Shown here: one piece after another, positions 6,682 through 15,979 of the stretch
Numbering within the stretch: position 1 is the stretch's first letter
How the letters are laid out: each line of letters opens with the position of its first letter
Source: Candidatus Iainarchaeum sp.
Lineage (GTDB): Archaea > Iainarchaeota > Iainarchaeia > Iainarchaeales > CSSED10-239
DNA: 26,409 nt
Direction of reading: 5' to 3'
Assembly: GCA_028693335.1 (NCBI GenBank)
Contig: JAQUVR010000001.1
Location: 1 to 26,409 of the forward strand
Notes under the pieces: generated by a model
What the model saw: the letters and a program-made list of their open reading frames with translations, nothing else
Told to the model about the DNA's origin: nothing
Databases searched by the model: none
Position numbers and translations under genes: made by a program

Positions 6682-7887
6682 ATGAAAAATATTAAAAAAC
6701 CAATATTATTGTCTCCTGTTGCAAATTATGAAATGTTAATTGCAGCAATTGATGGGGGAGCTGATGCAGTGTATTTGGGTGTTAAGGGCCAAAATATGCG
6801 AGAATCTGCAAAAAACTTTTCAATAAAAGATCTTAAAAAAATTTCAAATATCGCTCATAAATCAAATGTAAAGGTTTATCTTACATTAAACACTATCTGC
6901 TTTGATGAAGAAATAAATAAAATAAAAAAAACATTAATATCTGCAAAAAAAGCTAAAATAGATGCAATTATTTCTTGGGATCTAGGTGTTATTAAATTAG
7001 CAAAGGAACAAAAATTAGAGGTCCATCTAAGCACTCAAGCAAGTGCAAGTAATTCTATTGCCATTAGTGAATATAAAAAATTAGGGATTAAAAGATTTGT
7101 TCTTGCAAGAGAATGTTCTTTAAATCAGATTAAAAAGATCATTAAAAACACAAACACAGAAATAGAAATATTTATTCACGGCGCGATGTGTGTAGCTGTT
7201 AGTGGAAGATGTTTTTTATCTCATTTTCTTTATGGTCAATCTGCAAATAAAGGTAAATGTATTCAACCTTGTAGACGTGAGTATATAGCTACAGACATAG
7301 AAACAAATAAACAATTAGAGATACATAATAATTTCATATTAAGCCCTAAAGATCTGTGCGCCCTACCATTTTTAGAAAAAATTCTAGATCTCAACATCTG
7401 TGCTTTAAAGATTGAAGGAAGAGGAAAGTCTCCTGAGTATGTAAAAATAGTAACTTCTGTTTATAGGGAAGCAATAGATCTATATTTTGAAAAAAAACTA
7501 ACTTCTAAAAAAAAAGAAGAACTATTTGAAAAATTAAAAACTGTTTATAATAGAGATTTTAGTGATGGCTTTTATTTAGGCAGACCAATAAATGAATGGA
7601 CAGATATTAGAGGATCAAAAGCTACAAAAACAAAAACAAGAATTGGAAAAGTTACAAACTATTTTAGAAAAATTGATGTTGCAGAGATTAAGATTGAGGC
7701 AAGATCTTTAAAAATTAATGATAATATCCTAATTATCGGGCCAACTACAGGGGTTTTAGAAGAAAAAATTAAAGAGATACAATTATCTAAAAATAATTTT
7801 ACAAAAATTGCAAAAAAAGGAGATCTTGTTGCAATTAAGGTTAAAAAAAGAGTAAGAAGAAATGATGAAATTTATTTATATGGGTGA
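6682..7887 (+). CDS. Peptidase U32 family protein (collagenase-like / RNA or quinone hydroxylation family)
   Basis: U32 signature EIFIHGAMCVAVSGRCFLS followed by KGKCIQPCR. A C-terminal beta-barrel-like segment is present. The start is moved from the track TTG at 6613 to ATG 6682 (MKNIKKPILLSPV), which removes a hydrophobic extension overlapping the divergent gene. Confidence 0.9.
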   Translation: MKNIKKPILLSPVANYEMLIAAIDGGADAVYLGVKGQNMRESAKNFSIKDLKKISNIAHKSNVKVYLTLNTICFDEEINKIKKTLISAKKAKIDAIISWDLGVIKLAKEQKLEVHLSTQASASNSIAISEYKKLGIKRFVLARECSLNQIKKIIKNTNTEIEIFIHGAMCVAVSGRCFLSHFLYGQSANKGKCIQPCRREYIATDIETNKQLEIHNNFILSPKDLCALPFLEKILDLNICALKIEGRGKSPEYVKIVTSVYREAIDLYFEKKLTSKKKEELFEKLKTVYNRDFSDGFYLGRPINEWTDIRGSKATKTKTRIGKVTNYFRKIDVAEIKIEARSLKINDNILIIGPTTGVLEEKIKEIQLSKNNFTKIAKKGDLVAIKVKKRVRRNDEIYLYG

Positions 7888-8591
7888 TTAAATAATTTAT
7901 CTCTTGTTGCCACCCTTTTTTTTTTAATTTTTCCATTTTTATTTATTTTTATTTTGGCTAGATATGATGCCAAAATCAAACCAGTCATAATTCCTGTTCC
8001 ACCACCAACAACACTCCCCAACATATTTGATTCTCTTTGCACATATTGAAGCTCACCATTTGGTATCTGCTTTACAACTGCTTCAATTCTTTTTATTTGA
8101 TCTGGAGTTAATTCATTATATACTTCTACTAGTGGTTTATTAACAAAATGCTTTTCCCAAACTTGCCCCCCAGCTTCTTTGAGCACTCTTTCGATTTCTA
8201 TTATCTGGGATTTATATTCTAATATTCTAAAAATATTGCCCATTCTTATTGGATCTAATGTGATTCTATCAATTTTTTGTGATTTACTATCCCAAAAATA
8301 AATTTCTCCTGGTTTTGATTTATTATTAAGAGTTGCTAATTTTGATTTTATTACTTTTTCTCTATTCTCTGGATAGATTGGTTTAGACACATGATAAATA
8401 TTTGTTGTTTTTGCAGACATGTTTTTTGAAATATTTGTTACTTGTTTTTTTGCTAATGAGCCTGTTAATAATGATGCACCAATAACTCCAGCAGCTGCAG
8501 CAATTCTTAACTTTGTTTTTAATGGCATCTTAAATTTTGTTTTCTTTTTTTGTGGTGGTTTTGGTGTTACTGGTTTATTTATTGGTTTCAT
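7872..8591 (-). CDS. Hypothetical membrane protein (basic N-terminus, TM near each end)
   Basis: 239-aa ORF. KPPQKKKTKFK is followed by AAAAGVIGASLLTGSL, and there is a C-terminal GSVVGGGTGIMTGLILASYL. No family recognised. Confidence 0.55.
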   Translation of the reverse strand: MKPINKPVTPKPPQKKKTKFKMPLKTKLRIAAAAGVIGASLLTGSLAKKQVTNISKNMSAKTTNIYHVSKPIYPENREKVIKSKLATLNNKSKPGEIYFWDSKSQKIDRITLDPIRMGNIFRILEYKSQIIEIERVLKEAGGQVWEKHFVNKPLVEVYNELTPDQIKRIEAVVKQIPNGELQYVQRESNMLGSVVGGGTGIMTGLILASYLAKIKINKNGKIKKKRVATRDKLFNHPYK

Positions 8592-8679
8592 AATTTTTCC
8601 TATTATAATTTTTTTATTACTTTTATATTTATATCATATAACAAAACTGTTTATATTTATTTTCTTTTCTATCTTTTTT

Positions 8680-10167
8680 ATGACTATCACTATGAATCAA
8701 ACAAAAAAAGAGATATTATCTCTCCTTGAAAAATCAATATTAAAATTAACAGAAGATAAATCAAAAAAATATGGTTTATTGTTAAGTGGTGGAATTGATT
8801 CTTCAATACTTGCCATAATTCTTAAAAATAATAAAATTAAATTTAATTGCTTTTTTGCATATGTAAAAGATACAACTGACCCTAAAGATCTTTATTTTGC
8901 AAAAAAATTAGCAAAGGATTTAGATCTAAATTTAGAAATCATTTCTTGTGAGAAAAAAGAATTACCTATTATTATCAAAGATATTATAAAAATTACACAA
9001 TCCACTAACCCAATAAATGTTGGTGTTGCAATTCCTGGATACCTTTGTGCAAAAAAAGCAAGATCTAAAAAAATCAATATCCTTTTTTCTGGTCTTGGTA
9101 GTGATGAATTGTATGCAGGATATCACAAGTTTAGATTAACTAAAAACATTAAAGAAGAAACAAAAAAATGCTTAGATAATCTTCAAAAAGATAATCTAAA
9201 TAGAGATCAATCTATTGCCAATTATTTTAATATGTCTGTTGAGTGTCCATATCTTGATAAAGATTTAATAAATTATTCTTTAAATATTGATCCAAAATAT
9301 TTAATTTCAAAAACCCAAAATAAAATCATAATAAGAGAAATAGGTAAAGATCTTGGGCTTACAACAGAATTTTTTGAAAGAAAAAAAATTGCTTGTCAAT
9401 ATGGTAGTAATTCTGATAGGGTTATTGAAAAATTAGCTAAAGAAAATAGATTTAAAACAAAAACAGATTATCTAAACTCTCTGTCAAAAAAAAACATTGG
9501 TGCTCTTTTTTCTGGTGGTAAGGATAGTAATCTTTCTGTGTTTTTATTAAAAGACAAATATAATATTTCTTGTTTATTGTCTATAGTTCCAACATCTAAT
9601 GATTCCTACATGTATCAAAAACCTGATTTGAAAATATTAAAAGCTCAAGCAGATTGTTTGGATCTTCCATTATTAACACAAAAATCTAAATCTATTAAGG
9701 AAGCGGAGTTAAAAGATCTTGAAAAGTTAATAAAAACCGCAATTAAAAAATATAATATTACTGGTGTTGTTTGTGGTGCTCTTTTTAGTAATTATCAAAA
9801 AGAAAGGGTTTTAAAAATTTGTAATAAACTAAAAATAGAATTACATTCTCCTTTATGGCAAATGGATCAAGAAAAGGAAATAGAGTTATTATTAAATAAT
9901 AAATTTAAATTTATTGTGTGTAAGATTGCTGCCCTTGGATTAGATCAAAAATATCTTGGCAAAGTTATTTCTAAGGAAGATCTTATTGATTTTAAAAAAT
10001 TAAATAAAAAATATGGTTTTAATATTGCTGGAGAGGGAGGAGAGTATGAAACCATTGTTATTGACTCTCCTATGTTTAATAAAAAAATAGAGATCTTAGA
10101 TTATAAGATCATTATGGAAAATGATTTTACTGGTTTTATTGAAATAAAAAAAATAAAAAATCATTGA
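8680..10167 (+). CDS. Fusion of asparagine-synthetase-like PP-loop domain (no glutaminase domain) and Dph6/MJ0570-type PP-loop ATPase domain
   Basis: N-terminal half: LLLSGGIDSSILA and FSGLGSDELYAGY (AsnB synthetase-domain motifs). C-terminal half (from about 9490): GALFSGGKDS, GALFSNYQKERV, SPLWQ, GEGGEYETIVIDSPMF (diphthine-ammonia ligase / MJ0570 motifs). The start is moved from 8419 to ATG 8680 (8692 is also possible), because the track extension is hydrophobic and antisense to 7872..8591. Confidence 0.85.
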   Translation: MTITMNQTKKEILSLLEKSILKLTEDKSKKYGLLLSGGIDSSILAIILKNNKIKFNCFFAYVKDTTDPKDLYFAKKLAKDLDLNLEIISCEKKELPIIIKDIIKITQSTNPINVGVAIPGYLCAKKARSKKINILFSGLGSDELYAGYHKFRLTKNIKEETKKCLDNLQKDNLNRDQSIANYFNMSVECPYLDKDLINYSLNIDPKYLISKTQNKIIIREIGKDLGLTTEFFERKKIACQYGSNSDRVIEKLAKENRFKTKTDYLNSLSKKNIGALFSGGKDSNLSVFLLKDKYNISCLLSIVPTSNDSYMYQKPDLKILKAQADCLDLPLLTQKSKSIKEAELKDLEKLIKTAIKKYNITGVVCGALFSNYQKERVLKICNKLKIELHSPLWQMDQEKEIELLLNNKFKFIVCKIAALGLDQKYLGKVISKEDLIDFKKLNKKYGFNIAGEGGEYETIVIDSPMFNKKIEILDYKIIMENDFTGFIEIKKIKNH

Positions 10168-13028
10168 ATTAATATTCCGATTTTTTTAGGAAGTGCTTGT
10201 TTTGATTTAGGGTCCACACTTTCTTCTGCCAAGATAATTTCTAGATCTACTTCTAAATTCTTTTCTAAAAATTCTTTTATTTCTTTATAGAATAAATACT
10301 CTGTTTCTTGATCTTTAATATCTTCTAAAATCGCAGGTGTTTTTATTGCCCATGTAATAATTTTACTAACTTGTGGTTTATTTTGAGGATATTTTTCTAA
10401 GTATTTATTCATTAGTTCTTTAACATTTCTATTTTCTTTAATAATTATTTCTTCTTTAAGTTCATTAAATAAATTATAGATCCATTTCTCAGAAATAAAC
10501 AAAGTAATTTTTTTAGGATTTTCTAAATTTGCCATCTTTATTACATTTCTAATATCTGATGTTGTTTTCTCTATTGTTTGTTCATCTTTATCAAGATCTA
10601 GATTTATTTTACTTACATCTACTTTTGGAAATTCTGTTTCTGCAATGATATATTTATTGCCAACCATTTGATTTAGTTCTTCACTTAGATGTGGTGTAAA
10701 CAAACCCATTGTTTTTATCCATTCTATTATTAAATTCATTAAAACTTTTTTGTTTTTTCCATTTCTATTTCTATACCATAATAAATCATTATAGAAATTA
10801 AAATAGATTTCATCAGTTGCATTCTTAAATTCTATTCTATCCATAGAATTAATTATTTTTTCTAATCTTATATTAAACTGAGAGATCAACCAATCATCAA
10901 TTTTTTCTGATTCTTTTTCTATTAGTTGTTTATCATTAATTATTTCTTCAATAAATGAATATATCTTATCTATTCTTTGTTTATAATTTTTTAGATCATC
11001 TTCTTCAAAACTAATATCTACAAAAGGGTTTGCAATATTTGCATAAAATAGTCTAATAGCATCAACTGAATATCTCTTTGCTTCATCAGCAATACTTTTG
11101 ACTCCTCCTTTTGATTTAGATATTTTCCCTGATTTTGCAACAACCCACCAGTTTACAAAAATTCCTTGTGGGTGATATTTTTTTGGTAATATCCCAACAT
11201 GATTCATTAAAAATACTGGAAAATGAACTGTTTGATGTTCTTTTCCTCCAAGATTAATATCTAACGGGTACCAATATTCTACATCTTTTTTAATTTCTTC
11301 TAAAAGGTTAAAATCTATATCTGTTTTTTGAGAAACTTCTCTACTTTCTCCTTTATTCAAAAAAACATAGTCAAAAAATTCTTCTGTTAGCTGTTCTGCG
11401 TTTATTTTTCCATTATTTACATATAGACTAATTAAATAATAAATAGGGTAAAGAGTACTATCAGAAATTGGTTCAATAGTATAAGATTGATCAAAAGGCA
11501 ATTTTGTTCCAAGCCATGTTCCTTGTCTAGCACATGCTCTAGCATCAAACCAGTTTAGTATTTGTGGTAAATTTGTTTTAAATGTTTCTGGTAAGATATT
11601 CATTGTTTTTACATGATCTATAGTATCATTTGTTAATTTTTCATTAGAATAATCAATAAACCATTGATCATCTACTTTTTTAATTAAAACTTTCGATCCG
11701 CACCTGCAAATCACTTCTTCAGAGAGATCATAAAAAATATCTGCGTGATTTTCTTTGATTAGATCTTCTTTCATTAAATTTTTAGCATCTTCTACTTTCA
11801 TTCCTGCAAATTTGCCACAGTTTTCAAGCATAACTCCAGTATGAAATCCTTTTTTGTAAACTTCTTTTTTTGCATCTTCTAATTTTTCTATATCTTTTTG
11901 AGAATTAATATTTAATTTTTCACAGATCTCAATAGCAGGAAATTTTCCAAAATCTTTTGATTGTATTATTGAAATTGGTTTTATTTCTTTTATAACTTCA
12001 TAATCTAATCCAAAAGATTTACAATCTTCTGGAGATCTTTGTAAATCATATAAACCTATCCAATCAGCAGGAGCATCTGATGGTACAGATGTTACTATTC
12101 CAGTACCAATATTAGAATCACAAAAAGAAGATGGTAAAATAATTATTTCTCTATTGATAGCTGGGGCTAAACAGTATTTGCCAACAAGTTCTTTTCCATT
12201 TATCTGTCCAAGAATTTGTGTGTTTTCTTTTTGATATTTTATTTTTTCTGCAAATTCTTTACTTGCTATCCAAATTTCATCAACAACTTTTATTTTTACA
12301 TAGGTTTGATTATAATCTAACCAAACATTTGTTTGTCCAAACATTGTTTCTGGTCTTAATGTTGCTACAACTATGTATTGATTTGGTTCTTGATATTGCA
12401 ATTTTATTAAAGTATATTCATTTTTTTCAGCAGTTCCACCTTTAGAAAGATCCATTTCTGATGGATCTACTGCTACTGGCCCACATTCAACACATACTGT
12501 TGCATAATATGGTTTTTGTATTAATAGTTCTTTTTCTTTTAATTTCTTAAATTGCCATTCAATAAATTTATTATAATCAGGATTTGTAGTTACTGTAAAT
12601 CTTTGCCAATCACCAATAAACCCATAATCTCTATAATCAGTAATATATCTTTTTGAAAAAAAGTCAACAAATCCTTCTGGAGTTGATATTTTTTTAAGAT
12701 CCTCATCTGTTAAGCCCATTTCTTTATAATAATCAACGGTCTCTTTATGATTTTCACAAACTTTCTTTGCCTTAGCAACTGCTGCATTTCCTGATGCATG
12801 TCCTCCAGCTGGTAACAAAACATTATATCCTTGCATTCTTTTATATCTAGAAATAGCATCAGCATATGAAAATCCTCTCATATGGCCTACATGGTGAAAT
12901 CCTGATACTGTTAAATATGCCCAAATTATAAAATATTTTTTTTTATTTAGATCTCTTGATACTGAACCAATTTTTTTTGCATTCCAAATATTTTGCCATT
13001 TTTTTTCTGTGCTACTAAAGTCATACAT
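10161..13028 (-). CDS. leuS: Leucyl-tRNA synthetase, archaeal/eukaryal type
   Basis: HIGH-type motif FHHVGHMRG and KMSKS-type motif KISKSKG. N-terminus MYDFSSTEKKWQNIW. The track start at 13040 is a GTG lying inside AGGTGA, which sits 8 nt upstream of ATG 13028, so I prefer 13028. Confidence 0.95.
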   Translation of the reverse strand: MYDFSSTEKKWQNIWNAKKIGSVSRDLNKKKYFIIWAYLTVSGFHHVGHMRGFSYADAISRYKRMQGYNVLLPAGGHASGNAAVAKAKKVCENHKETVDYYKEMGLTDEDLKKISTPEGFVDFFSKRYITDYRDYGFIGDWQRFTVTTNPDYNKFIEWQFKKLKEKELLIQKPYYATVCVECGPVAVDPSEMDLSKGGTAEKNEYTLIKLQYQEPNQYIVVATLRPETMFGQTNVWLDYNQTYVKIKVVDEIWIASKEFAEKIKYQKENTQILGQINGKELVGKYCLAPAINREIIILPSSFCDSNIGTGIVTSVPSDAPADWIGLYDLQRSPEDCKSFGLDYEVIKEIKPISIIQSKDFGKFPAIEICEKLNINSQKDIEKLEDAKKEVYKKGFHTGVMLENCGKFAGMKVEDAKNLMKEDLIKENHADIFYDLSEEVICRCGSKVLIKKVDDQWFIDYSNEKLTNDTIDHVKTMNILPETFKTNLPQILNWFDARACARQGTWLGTKLPFDQSYTIEPISDSTLYPIYYLISLYVNNGKINAEQLTEEFFDYVFLNKGESREVSQKTDIDFNLLEEIKKDVEYWYPLDINLGGKEHQTVHFPVFLMNHVGILPKKYHPQGIFVNWWVVAKSGKISKSKGGVKSIADEAKRYSVDAIRLFYANIANPFVDISFEEDDLKNYKQRIDKIYSFIEEIINDKQLIEKESEKIDDWLISQFNIRLEKIINSMDRIEFKNATDEIYFNFYNDLLWYRNRNGKNKKVLMNLIIEWIKTMGLFTPHLSEELNQMVGNKYIIAETEFPKVDVSKINLDLDKDEQTIEKTTSDIRNVIKMANLENPKKITLFISEKWIYNLFNELKEEIIIKENRNVKELMNKYLEKYPQNKPQVSKIITWAIKTPAILEDIKDQETEYLFYKEIKEFLEKNLEVDLEIILAEESVDPKSKQALPKKIGILIQ

Positions 13029-13129
13029 GTTTTTTGTCACCTATATTATATCTAAATATTATATATAAATAATTAAAAATAAATTCTTTTTAAAAAAATA
13101 GAAACAATAAAAAAAAAGATTTAAAAAAA

Positions 13130-14823
13130 TCATTGTGGTAATGGATTTTGAGTATTTGTTATTAGATAAGGATAAGTTATATTTTCCTCAATATTCCAAA
13201 TATCTATTAAATTCCATTTATTAAAGGTATTTGCTGTCTTCATTAATTCTGTACTTAGTCCAATAATACCTTCTGCTTGATAATTATTTTGCCCAGATCT
13301 ATCAACATCCCAAAAACATTCCAGATAGGTGTTATTCATACCATCACTCCCAAAAAAACCACCCTGATTTTTATTTCCAGAAACAACAACAGCTGAATAG
13401 TTTTTTTCTAAAATATTATCTCTTGCACCACCAATAAATCCACCAACACCATCATCTCCAGTAACAGATCCAAAAGAATAATTATTTGTTCCAGTTACTA
13501 CCATTGCAAAACCAATAAATCCACCAATGTAATAGGCATCTCCAGAAACAGTAGTATTAGAATAACTATTAGAAATTGTGTCTTCAGCACTTAACCCAAT
13601 AAATCCACCAACTTCATAATTACCACACACTAATCCAGTTACTGATGTATTTTCAATTATGTTATACATGCTCTCTCCAATTAATCCACCAACATTAGCA
13701 CCACCTGTAACATTACAGTCTTCAATCCTTAGATTATTTATTTGAGCTAAATAACCACTAGAAAACAAACCGATTTTTCCATTAGAAGGTCTATTAATAT
13801 ATAAATTTTTAATTGTGTAATTTTGACCATAAAATCTGCCACCAAAAATTCCATCAGAGTGTGCAATTGGTAGCCAACCTTCTCCAGTTGTCCAAAGAGT
13901 TTTATTTAATGGATCATAATAACTTGAGTCATTTAGAAAATCAAGATTTCTCATAAGTGTATAAGATCTTAATAAGGTATCTGAATTTGTATCAATAAAA
14001 TCAAGATGTTCAAGATACCAAATTTCTCCATTTATTGGAACATCTGTTATTTCATCTGGAACATCAATTTCTACTATTACTAAATATTCTCTAATTGATT
14101 GATCTTGTGCAGTTACTGTATATGTAATAGGATTTGAAAAATCTTGACTAATTTCTGATTCTGGATTTATGGTTGCAAGGTTGTGTATTTCTATAATGGG
14201 TGTTAAATTCATTATATTTGCATCAGAGTCTATTAAAATATTAATTGTATTTAAATCAGAGTCTATTGTTGTTTGATTAATAATATTTAAAAAATCAAAA
14301 GAATAAATAATATTATTATTTGATTGTTGTGGATTTCTTAGTGTTTCTGGCAAATTATTTATATTAGGTAATGTAATATACTCTAAATTATCTGTTAAAA
14401 ACAACAAATTAAATTTATTTTCTGGTGGTAATTTTAATAAATCTATTGAGTTTGTAGATCCTGAATTAACAATTATTTGTTGATCTAAATATATTAATTG
14501 ATTAAAACTAGGATTATCTGATTGACTAATTATTTTATATGCAATAATATTTATTTGTTCTTTACTTGTATTAATATTTTTAAAAACAAGCTTATAATTA
14601 GGGAATAATTTTACAACAATAAATGGTTCACTAAATTTTACAGATTTTGGGTAATCTAGTTCCATTTCTTTTATGGTTTCGTCTGTTATTGTTTTGCCCC
14701 AACCTAAAATAATACTAACTAAAATTACTGAAATTATAATTAAAAAAATAACACCAATTATTGGAGATAGATTCTTAATTTTAAATTTTTTTTTGGTTTT
14801 TAGATTATTTTTTTTTTCTTCAT
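13130..14823 (-). CDS. GLUG-repeat extracellular protein with N-terminal signal-anchor; needs a -1 shift (or one extra A) in an A10 tract
   Basis: Track ORF 13130..14665 (MELDYPK...). The same frame stays open upstream to 14842 with no start codon, and encodes KKKFKIKNLSPIIGVIFLIIISVILVSIILGWG (a TM segment). ATG 14823-14821 is one frame off, with A10 in between. The body has six VGGFIG/VGGLIG/QGGFFG repeats about 27 aa apart (GLUG motif) plus an Ig-like ...FSNPITYTVTAQDQSIREYLVIV. Confidence 0.75.
14808..14817 (-). repeat. A10 homopolymer (sense strand) between ATG and signal-anchor of the GLUG protein
   Basis: The plus strand has 10 consecutive T at 14808-14817. The sense strand reads atg aag aaaaaaaaaa taatctaa. 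Confidence 0.9.
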
Positions 14824-14838
14824 AGTCTCTTGTCTTAT

Positions 14839-15822
14839 TTAATTAAAATTTGAAAGATTTTTTTCTTTTTTTTTCTTATAAATCAAATAAATACCAACCA
14901 ACAACAAAATAAGTCCAACACCAAATATCACAGATTTAGATGGGGTTAATGTAACTAATGCTGTTGCTTTACTCTTTAGATCTGTCTTATCTGATAGATC
15001 TTGCTTTACTTGCTGAGTATTTGGAGTATTTGTTTCTATTTCTGTGTTGTTATTATCTGAATAGTTATTGTTTATTTTTCTTCGTGCTTGATTATTATAA
15101 ATATCTCTTAAACTAGTAACTATTGATTGATTTGTGTCATTAGTAGAAATTGGCCCAAATTCTTCTAAATTTATATTTTGATTATTTGTATTTGTTAATT
15201 TTGGGTCTTGGGTTTTATCTATTTTTACTGTATCGACAAAAACTAATTTATTAATATTTGAATCAAAAGATATTGCAGGGGTAGTAACAATTAACAAATA
15301 AACATTTGTTTTTCCTGGATTTAGATCTAGGTGTGCAATTAATTGATTTTCTGAAAAATAATAATTATTGGTATTTTTAAAATAACAAAGATATTTTTCA
15401 TTTGTCCCATCTTTATTAGAAACAATTATTCTTTGATCATTATATTTTAGAATATTTCCATTTTTTGTAGAACAGATTTCAGAAGATAATTCTTCTGCAA
15501 AATAAATTGCGATTTGATCTTTTTGTTTTTCTGTAATATTTAGATTTAATTCATATTTTGCAACAACAGAATAATCTAATTTGTTTTCAAAATCGTATCT
15601 AGATATTATTGATTGACCTCCGATTATGTCTATATCATTTTTCTCTCTAATAATTATAGATTCTGGGCTAATTTTAAAATTTGTGTTTAATTCCAGGGCT
15701 ATTGGTGAAATTATATTCACACTATATGTATCTGTATTTAATGTATAATATTGCTCTTCTGCAGATACATTAAAAACACAAAAAATAAATATTAATATTC
15801 CAAATATTTTTATAAAATTCAT
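14839..15822 (-). CDS. Secreted, C-terminally membrane-anchored surface protein, unknown family
   Basis: Signal peptide MNFIKIFGILIFIFCVFNVSA, an Asn/Thr-rich linker, and a C-terminal TM VIFGVGLILLLVGIYLIY followed by KKKKEK. Confidence 0.65.
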   Translation of the reverse strand: MNFIKIFGILIFIFCVFNVSAEEQYYTLNTDTYSVNIISPIALELNTNFKISPESIIIREKNDIDIIGGQSIISRYDFENKLDYSVVAKYELNLNITEKQKDQIAIYFAEELSSEICSTKNGNILKYNDQRIIVSNKDGTNEKYLCYFKNTNNYYFSENQLIAHLDLNPGKTNVYLLIVTTPAISFDSNINKLVFVDTVKIDKTQDPKLTNTNNQNINLEEFGPISTNDTNQSIVTSLRDIYNNQARRKINNNYSDNNNTEIETNTPNTQQVKQDLSDKTDLKSKATALVTLTPSKSVIFGVGLILLLVGIYLIYKKKKEKNLSNFN

Positions 15823-15979
15823 AATTTCTCAAATTTATTGTTTTTTTATATCTAATGTTAAGAGATACATTTTTTAATGATATCTAGTTATTTTTAATTT
15901 ATAAATGTTTTTGTCCCTTACAAATAACTTCTGTTAGAAATAACTATTTTTACAACCAACTTTTTTAATTTAAAATTAA

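Noticed and set aside
15887-15929. Inverted repeat agttattt / aaataact in the intergenic region upstream of 14839..15822
   Set aside because: It is only 8 bp of pure A/T stem with a loop of about 27 nt. That is expected by chance at this composition, and there is no support for a structured RNA.
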